In this document: positions 38,301 through 49,265 of the stretch, in pieces
Numbering within the stretch: the stretch's first letter is position 1
Layout: each line of letters opens with the position of its first letter
Origin: Trypethelium eluteriae
Lineage: Eukaryota
DNA: 57,421 bases
Direction: 5' to 3'
Assembly: GCA_051942245.1 (NCBI GenBank)
Contig: JAVECL010000086.1
Span: 1 to 57,421 of the forward strand
Made by a program: the position numbers and the translations under genes
Notes under the pieces: generated by a model
The model's input: only the letters and a program-made list of their open reading frames with translations
Told to the model about the DNA's origin: nothing
Databases searched by the model: none

Positions 38301-41300
38301 CAGAAGTCAATCAGGCAGAACAAGAAATCCCTATCCAAGAGGATGATCCATCATCTCGCTACGATGGGCACGACTACAATTACGATCTCCCTGCAGACCC
38401 AATAGAGTCATCTCCATCGAGGCGACCTAAAGAGACGGAAGAAGATGCCCTGGCACTACTGGCAAACGAACTCGAGCGCAGACGCAAAGAATCCTTGGCT
38501 GAGGCTACACAACCCAAACTTGAGGACAGACAGAAGTCTTCCCTTGACGTTGAAGAGCATCCATCGGTACCTACACCCGCACAGCCCGAAGATGAATGGG
38601 ACGCGCCTACCAAGAAGGGGAAAAGAGGAAAGAAAGCCAAGAAATCGAAAGGCGAAGGAGATGCTGGCGACGAGGATTCTGACAAGACACCTAACGTCGA
38701 GGTGGCTAGCCTTGTTGTAGGGACAGCTGCCACTGCCGCCGCCGTCATAGGTTCCCCTCATGAGACCCGAGAGCAGATCTCGAACGAAGACGAATGGGCA
38801 GTCCCTACCAAATCAAAGAAGGGCAAAAAAGGCAAGAAGTCCAAAAATCTTCCTGAGACTCAGCTCGCAATACCTGATGTCGAGCACGAGCCACCAACCA
38901 ACCGCGACATCTCCACTGAACAAAGCCAACAGCAGATCCCTAGTTCATCGAACGTCGAACCAGCCCTGTCCCGTCAAGATATTCGAAATCAAGAAGATGA
39001 GCTCTCTGATGCGCTCGAGCGCGCACAACATGGGAATACGAACGGTCAGTATGCATCCTCCGCGCCTGCGGGAATCGACCCAGTCTTCAACGAAAACGAG
39101 CGCGAATTTCATGAAGCCAAATATGAAGCTAGTGATGATCTCTCGCGCGTTCAAACAGCCCCCTCGCAGCCTGAGAGGTGGGAAGACATAACACCACCGC
39201 CCGAGGCAGTAATGGGGCATCGACAGTCTGAGCCTGAGCCGTCAAAACGTATGCTTGAGGGATCTGAATACTCCACGGAAAGAGAAGCAAGTGCAGCCAC
39301 AGAAGACGAGCTGCCTACAACCTCAAAGAGAGACAAAAGATCGAGAAGGCGCCCAGAGCTGGAGCCAATCAAGACGGACACGGATGCTATTCTATACCAA
39401 CGAGCAATGCATCGCGAGGCTGAAGTTGATGACTATGATGAAGGGCCTGCCTTTGTCGATGACCACGGCCCTCCCCCTCACATTTGGGTTGAACCGGCAT
39501 CAGAGGATCGCCCACAGCTTCTCCCTCGTACCACGAATGGCAGTGAAGAGATGGGTGCGCTGATGATAGCGCCCCCACACACGGAGGATGTGGCGATCGA
39601 ACAATCAATCAAACATTCTGCTTCGGAAGAACAACTAGACTCGCCCATACCCAGGCAGCAATTGAAGGAAATGGCTGAGGATGAAGGAGAGTTTACAAAG
39701 GTGAAGAAAGCGAAGAAAAAGAAGGGAAAGAGGTCTGAGCCTACAACACCAGCGAATGAGCCCAGAAACGCAATACTGGGTGAAGCACATCTGGATGAGC
39801 AAGCATCGACTACAGTGTCAGCGTCAATGGATGTTGAAGCGCCCAACGAGGAAGAGACACCCGCGGTCCCAGCTACAGCTCAACCGGAGGACGAATGGGC
39901 CGTACCGACCAAAAAGAGCAAGAAAGGCAAGAAAGGCAAGAAGGACAAGAGGGTCTCTGAGCCTGCGACACCTCCAAATGAGCCAGTAGAAGATGTTTCA
40001 ATGGGTCAATCAGCAAATGCAGGGCAGTCCGTGTCACGGGATGTTGAAACTTCATTGAACAACGAAGTCCGTCGAGACGAAGCTGTAGCTGAGCCCGAGG
40101 AAGATTGGTCAGTTCCGTCGAAGAAAGGGAAGAAAGGCAAGAAAGAGACCAAAGGGAAGAAGCGGTCAGAGCCGCCTACACCTGCGCATGCACCGGAAGA
40201 CGTTCGAAGCGAGAAAGTCCTCAAAGACGAGAGAGGTCTCGACAGGGAAGATTCTGAAACATTGCCCGCCACTTGGTCAAAAGAAACCAAACTACAGAGT
40301 CCAGAAACGACTAGTCCAACGAGTCAAAGCCGAGTTACCAACGTCTTCCCTCATCTTCAACGAGTCAAACGCAGGACACCTTCCATGGACGCAGCAGAAC
40401 CAAATCGTGATTTACACGCATCTCGGGGAAACGATGAGGGCCAGTCAAACAAAGGTGCTACGGCACCAGTAGCGACATGGGGCTTTCCAAATCGTGACAG
40501 CGGATTCGGAACGGATTCGCCCATCATATATCAAGAGCCAGAAAGCGACCACAATGCAACAAGAGACAGCGGCTATCATGATACCCCTGCAGACTCGAGA
40601 TACGGTCGGCAGTCCACGGGTGGGCAGACTGACGTTACGGAAATAGAAGACGAGCCATCGCATGAAGCTAATCATCAGTCGAGAATGGACAAAGACATCG
40701 CGCACAGCGGCCACCGCTTGGATGAGCAAACCCACGAACGTAGACTATCTCCTGTGCATACTGGCACAAGTACTAGTTCCGGCGATCCTCTGAGGGTCTC
40801 GGTTGAAATTGATCCAGACTGGGATCTATCAATTTCAAAACAACGAGCTTCAGTTGCCACATCAGCCGATGCCTCGGAGATTAGCCCAGTTCATCAATCT
40901 ACGAGGGAAGCTCCCGATCTACAAAGGCAAGACGAGAATGCTGGATTTACTCCGCCGTCTCCAGTTGATTCAACCACCAAACAACGAACCTCGTATTTAT
41001 TTAACACACCACCAAGTATCGGCATGAAGGGTTCGAAGGAATCTACTCCCCGAAGCCGGGATGCGACCAACGAAGCTATCCGAGAGAGAGAATCGCCGTC
41101 CGTAGATGCCAAAGACAGAAAGAGAAGTCGTGATGGAGATAAGAGACAACGTGCCGGAGCAGAAGGCATAGCCGGTGCCGCTGTAGCCACTGGAGTCACC
41201 GCCGCCATAGGTCAATCCTTATTCGGGGACGGTGATTCTACCCGCTATGACCAGTCTTCTACCTTTGATACGCCAGCAGCTCGCGCTCGATCCGGCAGTC

Positions 41301-43708
41301 ATCTCGAGCCAATTGAGGAACAAAGTCCGGAGGACTCGCACCTGAATAAACGAGCTATGTCAGACACTGGATCTCCCGACCGAGAGACAAAATCAGCACG
41401 ACGCACCAAGACGCCACAGCAAGAATTTCGAGAACGGTGGAATTCACCCACTCGCAACTCTCGAGACAGCCGAAAGCGAAGCGACGTAAGACAGCTCAAC
41501 GTAGATGCATCGCAAGGGGAACAGCGTTCAACCACACCACTCTCGAGCGATAGCTTCATCGATCGTCTTTCGTGGCCTCCAGTTGATGAGGAGAAAGAGA
41601 CGGTTGGTATTGATCGTGTTCTCAGTGGTGACCCTTCAAAGTCAAAGCAAGGAGGAATTGACGATGTTTCTCCCAAGAGTCATGCTTCGATCGGTAGCAT
41701 CAATCGGATCAAATCACCTACCGAGCGAGTTCGGTCACCTGGCACATTCAGCAATGCGTCGTGGCACTCAGACACGACTCCACCGCTGCGAAGATCAAGC
41801 CGGCAGCTCTCTGGAGATTTGCGAGCAAGGAGTAAGCTCGACCGAGACAAGGAAAGTCTGCGGGCTTCGGCGGAACTTGGGTCCGAGCGTTCGGTCGCAT
41901 CTCCAAACATCAACACTAACATCAACGTCGACCCGCCCTTCATCGGTCCATCCGACTATGATCGCGTTCGACACAAGGGGAAGGCCCGAGCTGGCGACAT
42001 GAGCGATGTATATGTAAGTTATTTCTCTTAAAACTTTCTCTTCGATGTCCTTAATGCTAATGCGCTGAAATCGCAGGAGGGTACCGGAGCGCATCCGGGC
42101 TCGCCCATGTCGCCGACACGACCACCGAGCGTTCGCAAACGTCAGTCCATGCAGATCATCGACCTAGAACAGCGACTAGATCAATTGATATCAGAGAATC
42201 GCATTCTACAGGATGCAAAGGCAAAAGCAGAAGAGACAACTCGTGAATACAACTACCGTCGCGATGTCAATGACAACGCTATCGCTGAGGAGGTGCAGAA
42301 GAAGGATCTCGAAACGAGGAAGAAAGATGCAGAGATACAATCGATGAGAGAGTTGTTGTCCAGTGCAGAAGCTGAGGTGGCGAGGCTATCTGAGGTGAAT
42401 GATACGCTCGCGCGTGACCAATCTGCAGGTCCGGAGTTTGAACAGCAGCATCGCGCGCTGCAAGATGAACATGCAAATGTACACCAGCAGTGGCAACAAG
42501 ACAGACAAGAACTCGACAATCTCCGCAACCAGCACGCCTACCTCAACACCAACATGGAGGGAATCATGCGCAAAGAAATCACTCGTGGCCTCGAAGACAA
42601 GGAAGCCGAGATCCGCCGTCTCCACGAAGAGCTCCAGCTCGCCACCCAACAAATCCGCACGCTGCAGCAACAAATTCTCGACACCAAAGCCAGCTCTGCC
42701 GACTGGCTCACGGTGCACGACGAAGACTACTTCGACACCGCCTGCCAAGACCTCTGCAGCCACGTACAGTCCTGGATCAAGCGATTCAGCAAGTGGTCCG
42801 ACCGGCAGCCCTGCCTCCCTTCATCCTCGCTCAACGACGAGAAGCTCGAAGCCCGCCTCGACAACGCGGTGCTCGACGGCTCCGACGTCGACGCGCTCCT
42901 CGCCGAGCGCACGGGCCGGCGCGACGTCTTCATGAGCGTCGTCATGACCATGGTGTGGGAGTACGTCTTCACGCGCTACCTCTTCGGCATGGACCGCGAG
43001 CAGCGACAGAAGCTGAAGACGCTCGAGAAGATCCTCGGCGACGTCGGGCCCGGTCGCGCCGTCGCCCAGTGGCGCGCCACCACGCTTACCCTCCTCTCCC
43101 AGCGCCCGCAGTTTGCGCAGCAGCGCCAGCAGGATACCCAGGCGGTTACGGCAACCATCTTCGACAGCCTTGCGCTGTTGCTGCCGCCGCCCTCGGAGCG
43201 CGAGCCGGAGCTCAGGGGGAGTCTGCTGAAGGTTGTGAGTCTGGCCGTCGATATCGCGATTGCGATGCGCTGCCAGCGTGCGGAGTATATCATGCTGCCG
43301 CCGCTGCAGCCGGAGTACGATGAGAATGGCGAGTTGACGCGGAAGGTCACGTTCAATGCGTCGCTCATGAATGATCGGTCGTATGAGGCGCCGTCGCGGG
43401 TGTCGAGCGGTGGGCAGACGCCGCCGCCGCCGCAACGAGGGGAGAGCAATGCGGAGCTTGAGGCGCGGAGGGCGGTGGTCAAGATCGTGCTGTTCCCGCT
43501 CGTGGTGAAGAAGGGGGATGATGAGGGGGAAGGCGAGGATGAGATTGTGATCTGTCCTGCGCAGGTGCTGGTGGTGAAGCCGAGGGAGAAGGGGAAGCGG
43601 GTGGTGAGGATGCAGAGTGGTGCGATGGATATTGATGATGCGAGGAGTGAGCGGACGAGAGGGAGTGGAGCGTATAGTCAGGTGGAGGGGGAGGGAGGGA
43701 TGATTTGA
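23327..43708 (+). CDS. lah: Leashin / Woronin body tether ('involucrin repeat protein'), ~6,770 aa
   Basis: The 18.7 kb open exon 23327-42013 is joined by intron 42014-42076 (GTAAGT..GCTAAT..CAG) to 42077-43708. N-terminal motif LVDWWKDHEDVQKMEEYTEYIGVCRYCFDP, acidic disordered middle with poly-Lys blocks, C-terminal coiled coil plus DEDYFDTACQDLCSHVQSWIKRFSK...VWEYVFTRYLFGMDREQRQKLK domain. This matches Pezizomycotina Lah architecture. Confidence 0.88.
27090..27505 (+). repeat. Coding Glu/Arg low-complexity repeat ((ER)n; GAACGG/GAGCGT hexamers) within leashin
   Basis: gaacgggaacgggaacgggaacgtgagcgtgagcgtgag and similar runs; translates to RRERERRE...ERERERE. Confidence 0.8.
28793..29026 (+). 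repeat. Near-perfect 117-bp coding tandem duplication within leashin
   Basis: Units start at 28793 and 28910. Both encode EIESRVEELPDSPRVVEEEPEYFMSKK(DK/ER)KKKGRAKKDE. Confidence 0.9.
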
Positions 43709-44188
43709 TGGAGATGATATGACGATTTTGGGAAACCATTCTATTTTGCGGATATAAAACTTTCTGATGAATCTCATTTGTTAGGGTGCAGGGATTGCTT
43801 TAGGAGTTGGCATCTGATTCCGCTTGGCATATAAGCTTTCTTTCTTTGGCACAATTTGGTTGTAAAGCATTTTAGCGATGGGAACATTGGGTCCTTCTCC
43901 TTCTATCTCTCCTGCAGTCCGTGGCGTTTCGGCTCATAGGTCACGCAGAGATTGGTCGGGCATTCGCATGCTGTACAATTTTCTCTCCTTTCCTCCATGT
44001 ACTCACTTACGACTCACGGCCGAATGCACAAAGTACATATTTTATATATCTAATTTATCAGTTCATGCATGCTTCTCCTTCCGCCGCCCCGGCCCCTCGA
44101 AGTGATTCCCCCTACCTCACCACAAAGGCAGCTCCTTTCATCTTTTTCTTCCACCGTCGTTTGAATCCACAAGACCTTTCGCTCACAC

Positions 44189-44845
44189 CTACAACGGCCC
44201 TTCCGTCTGATCCGCTTCCGGTACACTAGGACACCAGTCCACGCGGTGTTTCACATAAATCTCCGTTGTAGGCTTCGTATTCCGCACCGTCACGTCATCG
44301 TCCAAGGTGCCCGGCTTCACGATGATGGTCCCGGGATAATTGATGGCTGAGGCACTTGTATAGACCCCGCAAGCGGAACAGAAATCGTAGGTCACATCCT
44401 TTGAGCTTGCTTAGTGGTACGCCAGGAGCATGAAGTAGGCTAGGAAAAATGGAGGAAGCGAGGCAAGGATTTTGTGTTGTGAACAGACCTTTCCGGAGTC
44501 GCCCTTTCGCGACCACTGTTTTGGCGTGCCAGACGTTATTCTGAAATCTTCTTCTGGCACAAGGAAGTTGACGCTACCTGTAGGTCCGGCGGTCTTGCGG
44601 CACGGAAGGCAATGACACGCTATCTACAGGGATTTCAAGGTCAGCGAATGTGAAAAGAGAGAAGCGTGCGGAGCAATAGAGCTGCACAAGAAAGCCAGAA
44701 GCAAGGACCTAACAAGAGATTTATCCTTGAAGGAAGCTCGATAGGAGGGAACATGTGGATAAGGGGATGATATTCATACCTTAGCACTAGGAACACTAGT
44801 AATCTCATACCTAAGAGCCCCACACATGCAAGATCCTGAGGGCAT
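44189..44845 (-). CDS. GFA / CENP-V (Mss4-like) Zn-binding protein, ~136 aa, 3 exons
   Basis: Exons 44845-44780 (MPSGSCMCGALRYEI..), 44623-44489 (IACHCLPCRK..GTPKQWSRKGDSGK) and 44398-44189 (FCSACG..KPGTLDD..KPTTEIYVKHRVDW). Full CxC/CHCxxC/FCxxCG pattern. Only exon 3 appears in the ORF track. Confidence 0.9.
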
Positions 44846-45947
44846 TCTATAAGTGCAAGAGCAAACAGACTATCTTGCTTTGGTTTTACAAATAGAGAGA
44901 GCAACGTTATGTGCGGCGTTGAAGGAAAATATATCAAACTCGGAGCTGAACAAGAGCGGTGAAATGTAGAGTAAGCGACGGACCAAAGGAAATGTTCCTA
45001 CGGCTCTCCGCAAGTCGCCAGTCGTATTCGACAGTAATCGATTTTCCTCACAGCTAATTTCAGTATGTCTGGTGATAGATCGTCTCGACTACTCTGATTA
45101 CAAGCTAGCCCACGAAAAGTGAATCAAGGACGTCGATCCGGACAGCCGGTGGCCCCCTCGTTTGTCCCCGCAATCAAGTTGGGCTTTCGGGTCGCTGTTC
45201 GCCTATCCCTTAGCTTGTCAAAGATGAAAAGTAGTGAAGAGAGAGAGGGTTATACTACCAGTGTATGATCAACGGCCAGAGTGTGGATGATCAAGGATTC
45301 AAGGATACTTCAACAAGTATTCATCCCGAGGAAACGAGGCTACGAAGGCATTTTCTCGACAAAGTGGACTACAACGACCCTATAACAATTCATTGCAATC
45401 TCTATTATTTTAGGAATATTCATGAGAGTCTCCAAACGATATTCTGCGCTAGCCATCGGATGTGCATTGACGGTGTAGACGAAAAACGGTCAGTCTAGAT
45501 CAACCTTGGTCAAAATGATGTACAAGGAAGGTTTAAATGTAAGCATGATAGGATAACTATTAGCTGTATGCTCTTCTGGTATAGCAATCCGCACCACTAG
45601 AGCGCATCCGATGGATAGCGTGTGGTACTTCCGGGAGTACTAGGACGAGACAAGAATATTCGGAACTGAGTCATGAGTGTTAAGCTATCGGTTAGGTACT
45701 TATTTTGCTCGGTTACTACAGGTCAGCCGATCAGAGAACGCGCTTTTGGACCAATTTTTGAGGTTCCCCTTCGGTTCAGGAAAGTTGGCCGATAATTTCA
45801 TGATTCTAGGGTCAGACGCCCGAGCGATTGCACGCGCCTGACGGTACGAATTGAGCACAACTTGCACGGATGTGACCAACAAAGCGGGTCAGTGTACGGC
45901 AATTTAGACAGAATTATATTTGAAGCCACCTCGGGTCTGGCAAGACC

Positions 45948-48702
45948 TCATTTGTTCTTTTTGCCTTGTTTCTTTTTGTCACCCCCACGAGACAGCCAGG
46001 AGGGTAGACTCGGGCGAGAAGACCGCCTGAGTTCTTCCGCCCGTGCTGCTCCAAATTTTCGGTCGACTTCTTCATCGGCAAAGGCGACCACAATGCTCAT
46101 ATCCGGCCTGGCCTCAGAGGCCCATGCAGATTTGAGGATTTGATCAGACCGATAATCCCCTTGGAGGATCCTTACTTCGCCGGCGTCAATGCACTGGGTG
46201 ATGCGATCACGCCAGTACTCAGAGCTAACCTCGAGGAAATCCGGGAAATTCTTTAAAAGGGTTTGCAGGAGGCGCTACATATTCAAGTTAGCACGTAAGT
46301 ATCGACGCTGCATTTGAATGGTCAATTTTTCCTGGCGAGATCGAACGTACTTCATAGGTGCGACATTCCTTGAGTTTCAGCTCATACTCATCCGTTTCGG
46401 GAGTCTTGAGCCAGATCACGTCTTGTTTTACCGACACAGTGTTGCTGTTCGTATTAGAATCGTCATCTCTCGCCGACATCCAAGAGCTGAGTGAAGGCAT
46501 CGATGGTGGCGTCGGAAGTGGCGTTTCACAAGGCACTAATCCACGAGGCTCCAACATAGGGTTCCCAGCGGCCGTGCTCTTACTCGGTCGTTCGCCCTTC
46601 TTCCCCTTTTGCTTGGGTGGGTCGCCGACTCCCAGATTACTTAGCAAGGAATATACTTCATCGAAGGGCTCTCCCGTACTGCCGACAGCAGAAGGGCCAG
46701 GAATAGGTGGAGAGGGTGAGAAACTGTCTCGGCCTCCTTTGTTTCTATCTCTCTTTTTAGGCAGAGGCCCAAGATCGAGCACGCCTCCTGGCGGGCCAGG
46801 TGGGTCGGGTATCTCGATGACTGGGGGTTTGGGTTCTTCTATAGGCCACATGTGCATTGTAATAGACATGTCAGGTTCAACCACTGATTCCCAAACTTGA
46901 GGAAGGATGATTTCCGCATTCGGTCCCATAAGGTCGTAGTGGCCATCTTGTACATGCGGACCTATTACGTCTACGTGCACAAATGCTTGACAGATGAGTT
47001 CCTCCATTCCCTGATGGAGAGCGCATTAGTGGTCAGCTTGCTTCTAAATTGACCGAGAAGGTGCACCGTGAGCGGAGATCGAAGCTTTCACTTACCGGCC
47101 ATGTCTTACATAAATGCCAGGGGAAATTAAACTTCCTGCCCACGCAATCTTTGAATTTAATCGGTGCCACCCTTTTGTTTCCTGGCGCGTCAAGCCCGCC
47201 CTCCTGCAGACCCCCTTGCTTCTGTATCTCCCTCTTGAGCCTTTTAGCGGCTTTGTTAGCCTGTCGGAGTATCTTGTCGGCTTCCTCTTTCAGCATCTTT
47301 GCCCTGTGCGTGCTTAGAGCCCTTAGGCCGGCCTTAGTACTCTGGTTAGAGATACCATTGGACTCTGAATCTGTTGAGAACGCCGAGACGGTATCGCTAT
47401 CACTTGCGCTGGCTTCAGGGGTTATTGTTATCTTTGTCTTCCTTCTCTTCTTCGGACTTTTTTTGGTAACCGATCCTAAACTATGGTCATTCGCCTCACC
47501 ACGGAGCGAACTTCCCGTCTGAACTCTATCTACAAGGGTTGGGGATGAGGTTCTGGAGACAGCGATCTTGGCCGAATTATTACTCTCTTCCGCAGTACCA
47601 GCTGAAGCCCTACCGACAGAAGCCCGTGAGGTACTTCTACTTAACCTTCCAGGAAAAGATGCCGCGTTAGGTGTTGCACTTTTCGCCGAAGAAGTCTCAC
47701 TCTCTTGCACCTCACGGATATCTGGCTGTAGCAACGGACTCTTGCTGGTTTCCTCCGCCTTTTTGGGAGCCGTGAGCGCTTCCCCGGCGAAATTTGATAC
47801 TTTTTCTTGAAGGAAAAGGAGTCGAAAGTATGGTATTAAAGCTAATGGTCCGACAACTTCACAGTCCTCTGGATCCTCCTCGTCCTCGTCCTCCTTCGCA
47901 TCTATGACAATAAGGTCAGATTGTATACTGCTCGAGGATGCAGAGATTTCGAGATTATTTTGTCCAAGTTGGCGGAGGGACGCAGGTTGCGAGGTTTCAA
48001 GTGTGGACGAGGTATCGTCTTCCAGATCGCCTTGAGGAACGGCCGCGTCGGGCAAGTCCTCTGGTATTGGCCTTGAGAAAGCACGCACTAAGCTGGGAGA
48101 CTGGAGATTCATCTGCATCATGTGAATATTGGTCTCGACAACACTCTTGAGACTTTGAACTTCGTATTTGAGACTACAGTTGCAGTAACGTTAGACGATA
48201 GCGTAGAACGCACAACTTCGATTCACCGATCTTACCTAGTATACGCCTGTTCGTGTGGTTCCTGTGTCATCTGCATAACAGAGATCAACAGCTGTAGATT
48301 CAATTTCAGGGATCCCAAAGTCTCCCGATGATAGATGAACTTGGATCTTTGGAATAGCCATCGAATCCGTAAGAGGACCCGTCGGCGCTGACTTCCAGTC
48401 TGTTGCGCCAAAGGCTCCAGCACACGAAGAAGACGTTCGCCATCCTGCTGGACAGTCTGACAAACTTGGATCAGGTCTTCTGCAATGCTCCTTGCCCGCC
48501 AGACAGTCGCAGAATTGCCATCAAGAACAGCGCTGACCTCTTTAAGAACTCGTGAGAAGAGTGAGGTCTCGTTCGCGATGACCCGGATCTCTGGGCCGGC
48601 TTCTTTTAGCGCCGATGCTATCTCATACAGACTGATACTCAACCGAGTTGCTGCTCCCGCAATCGCAAGAATGTTCGCAGCGAGACCAAGGGCTTCGGCC
48701 AT
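45948..48702 (-). CDS. HeLo-like/'fungal STAND N-terminal' domain protein with two fungal ubiquitin-like domains, ~843 aa, 4 exons
   Basis: Exons 48702-48236, 48173-47096, 47010-46351 and 46274-45948, with canonical introns and joining frames. N-terminus MAEALGLAANILAIAGAATRLSISLYEIAS..A..EI..IANE..LFS.VL; ULD PIKFKDCVGRKFNFPWHLCKTW.GMEELICQAF..GHYDLMGP..EIILPQVWESVVEPDMSITMHMWP. Confidence 0.8.
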
Positions 48703-49265
48703 TCTTTGAGCAATACATTTCTCTAAACAGACATATGAAAGAAGACTAAATATGAAGGGCTGGAGCGCAAGGCTGACTTCAGTGGCAAGGGAGAGATATA
48801 ACTAAACTAGGTACATTAGCCTTGAATCCTTCAGCCTTGGCCTTCGTCTACAGAGAGGCGGGGATAGTACCTGGCAAGACAGCACATCAAAGTACCGTCC
48901 CAGGTGCAGGAAGCCATGATGGGCTTCTCGTCAAGCATTCTAGCTTCAAAGTCGAAGAGGGGAAATATACTGAATGGTTAGAGAACTGTAGCCGAGAAAT
49001 GAAAAGATCTGATTTCCTGCAGGTATCCCAATCCATCTAATCCAAAGCTCGCAAGAGCAAATCTATGTCTACACTAGACCGGTCTATAGGCATTGCTCAC
49101 AAGAGCCCCAAATGGAAGAGACTCCAAGAGCCAGCCAGTGACCTGAGCCTGAGCGTAGATACTCAAAAGCAAACCCGCCCTCTACCCAAGAAAAAGTCCA
49201 ATTTTGTTTCGAGCCCCCCCCCAACCCAACCACCCAACAAACCTTCAGGCACACAGTCCCCGAGT

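Noticed and set aside
45265..45498. 77-aa ORF between the GFA and HeLo-like genes
   Set aside because: Short, with no motif and no supporting splice or UTR signals.
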